From assembly GCF_006345805.1 (NCBI RefSeq), contig NC_042997.1, forward strand, positions 203,546,001 to 203,610,000: a DNA stretch of 64,000 nucleotides, in the 5' to 3' direction. Positions 26,715 to 39,734 of this stretch are shown here, piece by piece. Positions within the stretch are counted from its first letter, which is position 1. Each line of letters opens with the position of its first letter. Position numbers and translations under genes: made by a program. The stretch comes from Octopus sinensis. Its lineage: Eukaryota. The notes beneath the pieces are model-generated. The model was not told the DNA's origin, ran no database searches, and was given only the letters and a program-made list of their open reading frames with translations.

Positions 26715-26718
<4 letters not shown>
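25920..26718 (+). mobile_element. RTE family 1 3' fragment
   Basis: ORF end (EGTCGRGRLRKI*DEVVKHDL), 3'UTR repeats, (GAT)n tail running into (TA)n. Confidence 0.85.
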
Positions 26719-26792
<74 letters not shown>

Positions 26793-26879
26793 ATATATAT
26801 ATACATAAAATATAAATAATATATAAATATATGCATATATATATATACATACATATATGTACATACCTACATATATATG

Positions 26880-27205
26880 TATATAAACATGCGTATATGG
26901 TTACAGGACATCAAAAAAACGTTGAACACAATGAGAAGCTAAAACATAAAAACAAAACAAAGAAATGAACTTTTTTTCAAACAACGAAACAAACAGAGAA
27001 ATGAGACATACAACATAAAGAATATTCCCCTTCTTCAGTTGTCCCTGTTTCATCTACTCTGCATTTCAAAGGTAAGGACAAGACGCAACTTTGTTGAAAC
27101 AGTCCTTCCTGCAAAGAAATTAAATAAAATTTGGTATTTTTTGCAGAGAGTGAAAGTGGTAACAAGAACAGAACAATGAGAACAAAACAGTAAAAACAAA
27201 CGAAA
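26880..27205. repeat. Unclassified interspersed-repeat-like segment between microsatellites
   Basis: Resembles a recalled octopus repeat; only one copy in the window, so unsupported internally. Confidence 0.3.
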
Positions 27206-27212
27206 TATATAT

Positions 27213-29283
27213 ATCATCATTATCATCCTCGTTTAACGTCCATTTTCCATGCTAGCATGGGTTGGACGGTTTGACTGGGGTTTGGGAAGCCAGGAGGCTG
27301 CACCAGGCTCCAGTCTTATCTGGCAGTGTTTCTACAGCTGGATGCCCTTCCTAATGCCAACCACTCTGTGAGTGTAGTGGGTGCTTTTTACATGCCGCCG
27401 GCACAGGTGCCAGGTGAGGCTGGTAACGGCCACGATCGGTTGGTGCTTTTTACGCGCCACCAGCACGGAAGCCAGTCAAGGTGGCGCTGGCATCGGCCAC
27501 GTATGGATGGTGCTTTTAACATGCCACCGGCACAGGTATCACAACTACAATTTCCATTTGATTTTTTTTTTTTATGTTGATGTACTTGACTCAATAGGTC
27601 TGCTCAAGCACAGCAGGCCGTCCTGCGATCCAAGGCACTTTGGATGGGCTGAGGCATCTATGTGAAGCTGGTGCAGGAAACAGCCATGAACTCCCGTTAT
27701 TTGTTGGGTTTTCACAGTCACAGCATATCTCCAGAGGTCTTGGTCTTTCGTCATTGTCTCTGTGAGACCCAACGTTCAAAGGTCATGCTTGACCACCTCA
27801 TCCCATGTCTTCCTGGGTCTAGATCTACCCCAGATTCCTTCAACTGTTTGGGAGTGGCACTTCTTCACACATCTCTCCTCATCCATCCGTAGTACATGAC
27901 CATACCAGCACAGACGTTTCTCTTGCATGCCACATCCAATGCTTCTTATGTCCAGCATTTCTCTCAGGGCACTTACACTCTGTCGTGTATGCACACTGAC
28001 ATTACACATCCAGCGGATCATGCTAGCTTCATTTCTTTCAAGCCTTCGCATGTCCTCTGCAGTCACAGCCCATGTTTCACTACCATGAAGCATGGCAGTT
28101 TGCACACATGTGTCGTACAATCTGCCTTTCACTCTGAGTGAGAGACCCTTTGTCATCAGTAGGGGTAGGAGCTTCCTAAACATTGCCCAGACTATTCTTA
28201 TTCTAGTGATAACACTCTCTGAGCATCCACCCCCCACTACTAACTTGGTCACCTAGGTAACAGAAACTATCAACTACTTCTAGTTTCTCCCCCAGGAGTG
28301 TAATGGAATCTGTTTTCTGAGTATCAATGGTGTCTATTGCACCTGTGCATCTGCCGCACATGAAAGCTATCTTCTCGGTTAATTTTCCTTTGATGGTGCT
28401 GCACCTCTTGTGTCCATAGCTTACACTGGGTACATCATATGGAGTTTCTACCTACACCTTTTCTACAAATTGAGCAGGGCCACCTGCCTGAAAAGGTGTG
28501 TGTTGTGTTTGCCTTCCTACTTCCTAGAACTTTGGTCTTTGCTACATTGACTCTAAGGCCTTTTGATTCTAAACCTAGCTTCCACACCCAAAATTTCTAT
28601 TCTAGTTCCGGTAGTGATTCTGCTATGAGCCCCAGGGACAACTCGTCTTGAATTCCTCTGTTATTGCCTGGAGGACTATGATGAATAAAAGGGGACTGAA
28701 GGCTAAACCTTGGTGGACCCCTACTTCTACCTGGAATTCTTCACTATACTCATTGCTAATCCTAACCTTGCTGATGGCCTCTCTGTATAGGACCTGTACA
28801 GCCCTTATTAACCATTCATCAATCTTCAGTTTCCACATCGCCCACCAGATAAGGGATCGAGGGACCTTGTCAAAGGCTTTCTCCAAGTCCACGAAAGCTA
28901 TGTAGAGGGGTTTATCTTTAGCTAGTTATTTCTCCTGCAGTTATTGAACCAGGAATATGGCATCAGTGGTGCTTCAACCCGGCACAAAACCAAACTGCAT
29001 CTCATCTAGGCAGACTCTCTTTCTAATGAGATGGGCTATGACCCTCTCTGTGACCTTCATCACCTGATCCAACAGTTTAATACCCTTGTAGTTATTTCTA
29101 TCTAGAGAATCACCTTTACCCTTGTAGCAGTTGACTATGGTGCTGCTACGCCAGTCATTGGGTATGACTCCATTATGAACTACCTGGTTTACAATGCGGG
29201 TGACTAGGCCATAGCCCACACCACCAGATGTTTTAAGCATCTCAGCAGTGATTCCTAATGGGCCGGGGGCTTTTCCTGGCTTA
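27213..29283 (-). mobile_element. RTE family 1 copy B, 3' half (degenerate)
   Basis: ORF pieces 27776-28252, 28623-28892 and 28974-29324 are collinear with copy A. Confidence 0.9.
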
Positions 29284-29404
29284 TACATATATATACATGT
29301 ATATATATATATGTATAAATGCATAAATGTAGGTATATATATATATATATATACCTACATTTATGCATGTGTGTAATTATGTGTATGTGTGTTTATGCAT
29401 GTAT

Positions 29405-29438
<34 letters not shown>

Positions 29439-29494
29439 CATACACACATACATACATACATATATGTTTGTATGTATTAATGTATGTATATGAA

Positions 29495-29642
29495 ATGAAA
29501 GGGTATCCAGCTGTAGAAACCTTGCCAGATCAGCTTGCAGCCTGGTGCAGTCTACTGGCTTGCCAGTCCTCAGTCAAACCGTCCAACCCATGCCAGCATG
29601 GAAAGCAGGCATTAAACAATGATGATGATGATGATGATGATA
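29495..29642 (+). mobile_element. RTE family 1 tail
   Basis: gggtatccagctgtagaaac...ccatgccagcatgg...(GAT)n. Confidence 0.8.
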
Positions 29643-29966
29643 ACGAACTGATTATTATATAAGTTTGATATATCTCTTTATTCCCCATTTACTCACAGCC
29701 CACTATTTAATTTGGTGCGTTGATTTCGCTTTCATTTCTCATTCCAAAACAACATTAATTTCCCTTGGCTATTCAATTTACTCTTTCAATATTCAACAGC
29801 CGTCGATAAGCTTCTCTCAGACTGTAAATGGACAACCAATGGCCAGACATATAACAAATGAAGTGTATTCTCATATCTCCCTTTACTATGACACTTTCTC
29901 TCCTCTGACTTCTCCCTACCTTTCTATGAAAACACACACACACACACACACACACATATATGTGTG

Positions 29967-30007
<41 letters not shown>

Positions 30008-30084
30008 GCAGTTAAGTATGTCTGGTCATAGAGTGACCTATGGTTTTGCATCCATAAAGTGCTTAAATATAAATATAAATGTAA

Positions 30085-30775
30085 ATCATCATCATCATCA
30101 TTTAAAGTTTGTTGTCCATGCTGGCATGGGTTTGATGGTTTGAAGGGCTGGCACACTGGAAGGCTGCACCAAATTCCAGTCTGTTTTGGCATGGTTTCTA
30201 CAGCTGGATGCCCTTCCTAACACCAACCATTCCAAAAATGTAAATGGGTGCTTTTACGTGCCACTGGCACAGTACCATTTGCGGGACACCAGTATCTGCC
30301 ATGACTAGTTTTATCTGGTTTGATAGGTTTTCTACTCAAGCATGGCATAATGCTAAATGGACTTGGTCATTGCCTCTGCGTAGCCCAATGCTTGAATCCC
30401 AGCATAATGCCAAATGGTCTCAGTCCTTGCTTCCATGAGGCCCAACACTCGAAAGGTGCTAAAACATTCCACTGGCATGGTCAAAAGCACCTTTCGAGTG
30501 TTGAGCCTCATGGAGACAAAGTGGTTGAGCTTCTTTTGAATGTTGGGTCTCACAGAGGCAATGACCAAGACCTTTGGCATTATGTTGTGCTTGAAAAAAG
30601 ACCCATCAAGCCAAGTAAAATCACAGTCATGGCAGATACTGATGTCATTGCCTCTGTGAGACCCAACATTCAAAAGAAGCTCAACCACTTTGTCTCCATG
30701 AGGCTCAACACTCGAAAGGTGCTTTTTACATGCCACCTACATGGGTGCTGGTTACGTGACACCATCATTTCTCTC
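30085..30775 (-). mobile_element. RTE family 1 3' fragment with internal inversion-duplication
   Basis: (CAT)n tail, 3'UTR and a perfect 83-bp inverted repeat at 30483-30565 / 30644-30726. Confidence 0.8.
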
Positions 30776-32055
30776 CTATGACATCACAAATTTCTCTCAC
30801 ATACTGTCTTGCAATCCAGAATACTTGGTCCTCACATGACTGAAAATAGGCAAACTTCCTCTTTTCTGCTTCTCCCTTGTCTAGATACACCTTTCTCCTA
30901 GTTTTCCTTCTGGCTATCTGATACAGCTCCCTGCTACCCCCATTCTTCCAGGTCTTCCAGGCTTGTTTCTTTGCACTAATGGTCCTGTTTACAGCAACAT
31001 TCTACCACCACGTTACCTTAGGTCTGGTTGGGACTTTGCATCAGCCACAGATTTGGTCTGTGGCATTCATCAAGCTGTCGCATAAGAATTCTCAGTTGTC
31101 CTCTATGTCACAAGTTTGTAGCTCCTCCTCCCTCTCATCAAATTTCTCAGTTAGGATGTCCCTAAATCTCTGACCATATGAAGGGTCTCTAAGCATCCTC
31201 ATCTTTCTTTTCCAGATTGGTCTGCTTCTTGGCATCCTTCTGGCCTGGAGTCTAAAGTCACTAATGACTAGGCTATGCTGGGGATAGACCCATGAGGGTA
31301 TTTAAGAGCAATCATGCATCCCACTGCTTGGTGAAATGTAATCGATTTGGCTGGCATAGCCACCTGATTTGTACGTTATCAGGTGGGTAGTCAGCTTCTT
31401 GATATTGGTGTTGCAGATAAATAAGTTATTTGCTTCACAGAATTCCAGTAGCCTTGTTCCCTTTTCATTTCAGGAACCAATTCCATGACCCCTATGTATA
31501 CCATAGAAAATACCAGTTTTCTGTCCAACATGCCCATTGAAATCCCCAGCCACAAAGATGAGATCCTTGTCATTCATCTTAGAGGTAGCCTGCAGAAGAA
31601 TATCATAAAAATGGTCCTTCTAAGGAGCATAGGCAGAGATAATTGATGCTATACTATTCTGAAAGACTAGCCTGAGCTTAAGTGCTCTATCACTCACTCT
31701 GACTACCTCTATGACTTTATCTGCCCGTTTCTCTGCAAGAAGTATGCCCACACCACCTACCCCATCACTGTTACCTTCCCAGAAGATTTTATACCTATGT
31801 GTCTTGCCTGTGAGGAACCGGGCTGAAACTCCTCCCCACCTTACCTCTTGAATACAACATACATCAACGTACCTCCATTCAAGCATCTCAGCAATCACGA
31901 TAGACCTACCTTTCAATGTGCCTACATTGGCAGTGCCAACCATGAGAACTGGGAAAGGGAACATGGGAGGGAGAGATGGTAGGAGGGAACATGGGCAGGA
32001 GAGATGGTACTGGGCACCTGAAAAGAAGATTTCAGTGATCATTTGGGGCACCATT
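30775..32055 (-). mobile_element. RTE family 1 copy B, 5' half including APE endonuclease N-terminus
   Basis: VGTANVGTL, CCIQEVRW, GVGILL, ISAYAP (31620-32054) and LGISMGML (decayed GDFNGHVG); collinear with copy A from about 22790. Confidence 0.85.
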
Positions 32056-32491
32056 GTAAATATAAATAAATATATAAAAAATTACTAGGATTCAAGAGAT
32101 TCAAGTACTTAAATAGTACTTAGATACTAAAGTAAGTATGGATTTGTACCTTGGTTATGCATACAATCACAAATAGCCAACTGAATACACAAGTTATCAT
32201 GGTCACACGTGGGTACACACACTGCACCTATTGCACCAAACTCTAGATCCAAACTAATTTCTGGTTCCAATAAACAAATAACAACAGATGGATGGTGGTT
32301 CACTACAGCTGTTTCAGACATGTCTTTTATTTGTGAACAGAAGTGTTGCCTCATGCAAAAAAAATCGGTTTCCTCAGCTGAATATATGTAAGAATTAAAC
32401 ATTTTAAACATATCAAGAACAAGTACAATTGCCATTTGATACTACCGACCCAAATTCAGTCAGAGACTCTGTGTGTGTGTGTAATATATGC

Positions 32492-33480
32492 ATCATTTAA
32501 CAAAGAATCTGTGATTCAACAGAGAAGGATCACTGGATGAAGGTAGTGGGGTTTGCCCACCAAGCACAATGAATAGAATGGGACCAGGTACTTGAGTACC
32601 CACTGTCATGGAAGGAACTCTGGGGCATGAACCAGGGAAGGTTGTTCTTCTGCTTTCATGCTGTTGCTGACCTCTTACCAACCACAAATAACCTTAAGAT
32701 ATGGGCAAAGAAGACCCATCCTACAAGCAGTTTGTGCAACTCTTTGCACCCTGAACTGCATTTTGAATGGATGCCTTGGGACACTGGGAGAACACTGATA
32801 AAATTGGAGACATGACAAGATCCTGGCAGAAATCACCAAGTGGACAGATCTGTAAAGGGTTAAGGCAAACCATCACCACCAAAGGGTATCAGATTCCTAG
32901 ACAACAAGGCTCCCAAGTCAAAAGTAATGGCAAGGGACCCATTTTCTATTTTACATTCAGCTCACACTGGGAGATGTAAGTCTTCCCAGAGGAGACAGCA
33001 TTAACATCACTCTGATCAGACATGTTCCTACTCTCCAGTAATACAAAAAAAATTATTGTGGTCAAAGTCATAGTGCCCCAGGAAGACAGATTTGATATTT
33101 CCCACTAGGTAAAGTAAAGCAAATATCAGAACTTAATCAATGAGGCACTTCTCAAGAGAAAGTATGCAGCCTTATTTCTCATTGAAGTCAGCTACTGCAG
33201 CTTTCTAGCTAGGTCAGTGTGCTATTTCTTACAGAAGATAGTTCTGTGGCCCAGACAACTGAAGAAAGCCACCAAGGAGGTAGGCATGATAGCTAAAATA
33301 AGATCAAGGGAGTTATGATTGATAGAAGACCTTAAGTGGAACCCTTCCCCAGGTGATAAATAGTTCAGTCTTCAATGCTCCACTCAGCTGAAGTGTACAG
33401 GCTAAGGAACAAAATACTTCTGATCCTGAGATACCTGCTAGTGATACCGAAGAATTTCCAGCATTGTGATGGATTTAGAC
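32492..33480 (+). mobile_element. HERO-like non-LTR retrotransposon 3' fragment
   Basis: SWKELW, AVADLLPTTNNLKIW, CTLNCILNGC, NWRHDKILAEI, VFPEE..TSL*SD, VKVIVPQE, IEVSYCSF, SREL*L in successive broken frames. Confidence 0.8.
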
Positions 33481-33533
33481 AAACTTGTAAAACCTTCAAG
33501 TTGTCCCTGCACACACACACACACACACTATAT

Positions 33534-33582
<49 letters not shown>

Positions 33583-34439
33583 AACCATCAATCTTTCTAT
33601 TACATTCAATAATAATCTACAGCTGTTCTGGGGACAAAAATAATAGCTTTCTTTCATAATTGTCTTTTCAGAATGTTGAGTTTGAAGATTATGAATTAGA
33701 TTCTGAGATATATTTTCTTCGAAATCAAGCAATAATATTTGATTGTGTTGATGTATGCTTTCATAACTTACTGGCATCATTAAATCATTTAGCAAGACCA
33801 TTTTGGTCAAATGTTCTTATGTGGCAGGCAATTATTCAAATACACAAAAATATTTATAGAAAGAAGGTAAAAAAAATTAAAAAAAAGAAACAAAAAACTG
33901 TCTCTTGCTTCATAAGCAATTATTGGGTTTAGCCAGCAAAGGCACCTCTGCATAGTCACTTGATCTGTTAGAAATAGTAACAAGATCTCACTCAAATGAC
34001 ACTGTATCTTCTTCAATAAAAAGGGCATCATCATCAATTAACATCCACCTTCCATGCTGGTATGGGTGGATCAAATAATATAGTTCTAGATGTACTCCTA
34101 AGATCAACATTAACAACAGTTATTGGGTTCTTTTACAGTGGAATATCATCATCACCATCATCATCATCATCAATGTCAACTTTTCCACACTCACATGTAT
34201 CAAATAGAATATATTGAGGCAGACTTTCATGGGCCAGATACGCTTCTTGTCTCTAATACTCACTGTTTCTAATAAAGATAACCTTTCCACATGGCAAGAT
34301 ATGATTTTCATGAAAGACTGAAAACAAAAAAACATGTCTTATATGATGGTGATGCTAGTCTACCATCACATGATATCATGATAAAGATATACACACAGAA
34401 ATGTATGCATGCATGCTCACACACATGCACACGTGCACA

Positions 34440-34486
<47 letters not shown>

Positions 34487-34911
34487 TCACAACAGTTTTC
34501 TTAATCCCCACAACCTCACCTGAACCTAAAGTCACATGTTCCTATGCTGGGAATCAAATCCAGACCACCTGGGTGAAAGCCAGAATCCTAACTACTAAAT
34601 CTACTAGATTAGAATAATGTCTTTTATTTTTCAGTGAGATTTTGCAAGATGTTGCCTTTCCCAAAGCATGAGCACAATAAATTGAGTGAAATCACTTCAA
34701 ACAAGAGCAAAATCAATACCAGATTACAGTGTTGGCTCTTTAAGAAATCTACCAGTAACCCTTCAACATTTACAATTGTTGTACACCGATTTGTTGACAA
34801 CTAAATGACCTAAACATAAAATCATACTAGTTTTAAATTCAAATAAAAGTGTATATATTCCACATCAATATTCTAAGAATAGTTATATTTATTTTTAAAA
34901 AATAAAATCAT

Positions 34912-36585
34912 CATCAACATCATCATTTAACGTCCACCTTCCATGCTGGCATGAGTTGGAAGGTTTGACAGGCGCTGGTCAGCCGGGAAGCTGTCCAGAC
35001 TCCAATTATCTGTTTTGGTATGGTTTCTACAGCTGGATGCTCTTCCTAATGCCAACCACTTTACAGAGTATGCTAGCTGCTTTTTATATACCACCAGCAC
35101 AGGTGCATTTATGGCACTGACACCTCTAAAGAACATGACTATATGTATGGAGGATCGTGATTTTACTTAGCTTGACACGTCTTTTCAAGTGCAGCAAATT
35201 GCCACAACTCCCACTCCCTTGTCATTTCCTCAGTGAGGCCCAGCATCTAAAGATCTTTTCTCACCACTTCATTCCACATCTTCCTGAGTCTACCCCTTCC
35301 ACAGATTCCCCCCACAATTAGAGCTCAGCACTTCTTTACGCAGCTGACATCATCCATACACATCACATGACCAAACCAGCACAGTCTTCTTTCTTGCACA
35401 CAACATCTGATACCTCTTTTACAATTTTCCTCTTAAATCATTTAAACTCTGTTGTGCATACACACTGACATTACCCACCCAGTGGAGCATGCTAGTTTCA
35501 TTTCTTTCAAACATTCACAAGTCCTCTGTAGCCATAGCACATGTTTCACTGCTATATAGCATAGCTGTATGTACACAGTCTTCCTTTCACTCTGAGGGAG
35601 AGGCCCTGGTTGCTTCTTTACACTTTTGGGGTGCAACTTGGGTGCAACACAATTTCCTTTCTTTTTGTTTCTAGAAACCACCAGTCAGGAACGAAACGCA
35701 AGTTAAAAAATATATACAATTCTTTATTCTCTGTTTCGACAATGAAACACGATGGTATACTGGTATCCACCTAGTTCAACACAGCAAGGCTGAATTCCAA
35801 CGTTTGTAAGCTTCTTTCAACAATTCAGCATTAATAGAACAGGTTAAATCCTAAGCGTCTGGGACAGGAGAATAGGCTGATCACACGTTTGAAAATACGT
35901 CCTTTCTCTTCTATCGCCGTGTCTCAAGTCCCCAACGCTATTAAGGAACGCGATAGAATTTCTTCTTCAGTCTCTAGCGCATGTGCATGAGGGAACTTCC
36001 TTATGCCTTTCCAGAAGGTTCCAGAAGGTTCCAACCCCGCACACGCACACTGAAGAAGGACGCTCCGCACACGCACACTGAAGAATGACATTGCGTGTGC
36101 GCACACTGGAACATGACGTCACTACAGTTACCAACAAAGGTAGAAACTCTCTGAACTTTGCCCTGCTCATTCTTATTCTAGCAACTATACTCTAAGAACT
36201 TCCTCCTCCACTGCTAACTTGATCACCTAGGAAACAGAAGCTATCTACTGTTTCTAATGATCCCCTTGAACATTTAAAGAAGTTTATTGTCTGCACATTT
36301 TTAGTAATTATTGTACCCGCACATTTGCCACATGCAAAACTATTTTCTCCATTAACCTTCCTGTGATACCACTACACCTCTTGTGTATCCAAAGCTTCCA
36401 CTGGGTACATTGTATGGAGTTTCTATCAAAACCCTTCTTTCAATCTGAGCAGGGCCATCTTGCAGAAGGGATTTATGATTTGTCTGTTTTCCTATTTACT
36501 AGGACTTTGGTTTCTGCTAAATGAACTCTAAGGCCTTTAGATTCCAGGCCTTGCTTCCACACCTGAAATTTCTTCTCTAGGTCAT
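34912..36585 (-). mobile_element. RTE family 1 copy C (3' portion), interrupted by the 35611-36126 insertion
   Basis: (CAT)n tail and ORF end; RTE sequence stops at ...gagaggccctggt and resumes as gttaccaacaaagg. Confidence 0.85.
35611..36126 (-). mobile_element. Candidate solo LTR (~516 bp)
   Basis: Insertion bounded TG...CA, begins TGTAGTGACGTCA on the minus strand, has AATAAA near 35723, is CpG-rich and has short internal duplications. No clean TSD. Confidence 0.5.
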
Positions 36586-36589
36586 GATT

Positions 36590-37110
36590 TTATTGTATAC
36601 AGTACTCAGGTGCACTACAACTCATCAAGAAAGGTTGAATGAGGGAACAGAAATCAGACATATAAGTCGAGTGAAGAAAAACAGCAATGTAAGCTAGAAG
36701 TGCACAGAATAAAACACAAAAAGAAAAGAAAGTGAACATTAAAAGAGTCATAAAGAGGAAAGAATATGTACACACATCAGAAGTAGTTTGGATGAAATTC
36801 AAGAAGTAAGGGATTTTTGAAGAATGCAACATTCAAACAGCTATCAACCAACATGGGTAATTTATTCTATGCATCAACAATTCTGAGCTTGAAAAAATGT
36901 TTCCAAAAGTCATGGGACTGCACTGCTTTTCTTCTTTTTTATATATAAATATGTCCAAGAGTGGTAGAGATAGTGAATTAAAAAATGTGGACAAAGTTGT
37001 TGGAAAGATGGTGGATAATCTGATGGTTTCTGCCAAATCAGCTGCTACTTGTCAAAACCTAAGTGTGTCAATACCCAGAGAGTCAATGTTCAAGATGTAG
37101 TAAGTGACTG
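36590..37110 (-). mobile_element. CR1 LINE 3' end
   Basis: Broken frames fit the CR1 ORF2 end (ETHKII...TRGH.YK...KHFF..R....NKLP.LV); reverse-complement homolog of 56690-57235. Confidence 0.75.
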
Positions 37111-37822
37111 ATAGAGGATATTCATTTGGTTGCACATCTCTAGACAGCTCCAAGCAGATCGATATTCTAGACAAGAAGTGGGCTCCAGACTGGAAATGCA
37201 AACTCTAAGTGTGGACATACCAACCATAGCCAGATATAGCTTTAAATAAATAGCTGATGATTGGCTGACAAAGACTTTATTTTCCTCCCAAAAGCAAAAT
37301 CTAAAACATTTTTACATGCATTTATTAAATAGAAACAAAATAAAATTTAATGGCATTACAAATTCCATTTAATTGTAAAACCATTCAATTTTACAAAATT
37401 AATTATATTGTAAAATCTAATTAAGATACTAGATTGTTTAATGTGGAAACCAGCAGACAAAATAGTTATAAACCATTACATTCGGAGTTCTAATCTTCCC
37501 GAGGTCAGCTTTGCCTTTCATCATTCAGGAGTCAATAAAATAAAGTACCAGTCAAATATGGAGGCTAGTTTAGGCAAGATTTGTGGCCATGTTCCAAAAA
37601 ACAATTCAAAAATTATGTATGTATTTATATATCTATGTGTTACCATCCAACCCATGCTAGCATGGAAAACGGACGTTAAACAATGATGATGATGTGTGTG
37701 CATGTACATGTATGCCTGTGTATGTATGTGCGTATGTATGTATGTATGCATATGTATGTCTGTATGTGTTATACATATATGTATATCTATATGCATGTCT
37801 ACATATACATATATGTGTATGC

Positions 37823-37863
<41 letters not shown>

Positions 37864-37876
37864 TTTATGTATGTAT

Positions 37877-37923
<47 letters not shown>

Positions 37924-37927
<4 letters not shown>

Positions 37928-39202
37928 GTGGTCAAGTATGAAATTTGTAGTAAAGTATATGGTAAACTTTGACAGCCGCTCATTTTGTGCCATTATTATA
38001 TTTTGACAATCTTAATTTTTTGTTAGAAAGCTAACACACCTATTTCTTTATTCTAACTCATTTTGCACTTTATAAAGTATTTATAAATTGGTTTTTGCTA
38101 TTTTTGTTTAGAGATGGATAAGTCAGAAATTCATACAGTTTTGAAATATGAGTTCTTTCTTGGAAATACAGCATCACAGATAGCTCAGAACATTAATGGA
38201 GTATTTCATTCTAATGTTATTACACAGTAGACAATATCAAATTGGTTTGCAAAATTTTGTTCTGGTAACTTTCACCTCACAAATGGTCAACCAGAAACAA
38301 AGGTGGATAATGATGAAAGCCACTGTCAAGTCAGATCCATCTCAAAGTGCCCATGAATTACCATTGTTGTTTGGTGTTAGCAAGCAAACAATATTGACTC
38401 ACCTAGTTCAAATCGGTAAAGTGAAAAAGTTGGATAAGTGGGTTCCACATGAACTCAATGAAAATCAGAAACAGCAACATATGGAGTCCTGCATTATGCT
38501 ACTTTCTCATCACAAAAATGAATCATTTTTTAATCGAATTGTGACTTGTGATTAGAAATTGATCCAATACAACAACCGTAAACATTCAGCACAATGGTTG
38601 GACAAAGACGAGCCACCAAAACACAGTCCAAAAAGCAAAATTCATCAAAAGAAGCTGATGGTGTGTGCTTGGTGGTTTAGCGTAGGTGTGATCCATTATG
38701 ATTTCATTAAACCTGGCTCATCAATCATGGCTGAAGTATACTGCAGCCAACTGGACCAAATGATGCAGAAACTTACAAAAAAAACAGCCTAGATTAGTCA
38801 ACAGAGCCACTCCTATTTTATTTCAAGACAATGCCAGACCACACATTGCAAAAATGATATTGGCGAAACTACAGGAGTTGGAGTTGGAGTTGGAAATTCT
38901 CCATCATCCACCATACTCACCTGATCTTGCCCCCACTGACTGCCACTTCTTCTAGAATTTGTATAACTATTTGATAAGCAAAAAATTTAATTCCGACGAT
39001 GCTGTAAAATAGGCCTTCCAAGATTTTAGTGACTCTAGATTGCCAGGCTTTTACAGTTCCAGGCTGGACAAGCTACCACTGAAATAGCAAAAGTGTATTG
39101 ACAATATGGGTGCATACTTTGATGAATAAAACTATTCCTTGTATTTATAAAACATTAGCAAACTTTTTTTCTTTTCTACAAATTTTATACTTGACGACCT
39201 AA
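37924..39202 (+). mobile_element. Full-length mariner (DD34D-type), 1279 bp, decayed
   Basis: 27-bp TIRs ttaggtggtcaagtatgaaatttgtag / ctacaaattttatacttgacgacctaa (2 mismatches), TA duplication on both sides. Confidence 0.95.
38114..39129 (+). pseudogene. Mariner transposase pseudogene
   Basis: MDKSEIH..KYEF start, WVPHEL, IVTCD, QDNARPH, HPPYSPDLAPTD. Spacing is 36 because of a 6-bp gagttg duplication (34 without it). Several stops. Confidence 0.9.
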
Positions 39203-39440
39203 TATATATATATATAAAGTATGGGGGGCTTAGTTCACAGGTGATCTAAACAATTAGGTATGCTAAGTAAGTGCAGTAATGAATTACTGGGGCTCCAAGG
39301 CTATAGCTGAGATGGTAGTTATGGAGCTATTGCAGATTTCCGATGCAGCGGGTATATAATAGTTAAACGAGACGTCAAACATTAAAGCAAGGCAAATATT
39401 TCAAGTCATAGACAATATTATTATAGGAAGAAATTCAAAA

Positions 39441-39494
39441 TCTTACAGCTGTTTCTGGGATATCCCCGAGTATGGGATATTCCATCATCAGACA
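39441..39494 (-). ncRNA. Minimal type I hammerhead ribozyme motif
   Basis: Minus strand: tgt-CTGATGA-tggaatatccc-atactcg-gggatatccca-GAAA-c-agct-GTA-aga. Stem II has 10 of 11 pairs; stem I has one mismatch. Confidence 0.75.
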
Positions 39495-39680
39495 CAAATA
39501 GGGGGAAAAAATATGGAAAATGAGAATGGTATATATCAATAAGATGACAACATAAAGGAAGGGAGTAAAAGAATAAAGAGATGGAAAAGAGAAGAAAAAA
39601 GAACTCCTTATTCTTTTGCTTCCTCTATGTTGTCATCTTATTGTTATCATTCTCATTTTCCATATTTTTTCTGCTATTTG

Positions 39681-39734
39681 TCTCTGATGATGGACTATCC
39701 CATACTGAGAGATATCCCAGAAACAGCTGTAAGG
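39681..39734 (+). ncRNA. Minimal type I hammerhead ribozyme motif
   Basis: tct-CTGATGA-tggactatcccatactgagagatatccca-GAAA-c-agct-GTA-agg. Stem I tct/agg; stem II partly decayed. Confidence 0.7.

Noticed and set aside
27020-27075. Minus-strand GAAA and CTGAAGA motifs close together
   Set aside because: The order is wrong for any hammerhead topology.
32295-32385. Minus-strand GAAAC-AGCT-GTA, as in the 39.4-kb hammerheads
   Set aside because: The upstream CTGANGA and stems I/II cannot be paired convincingly; at best a dead remnant.
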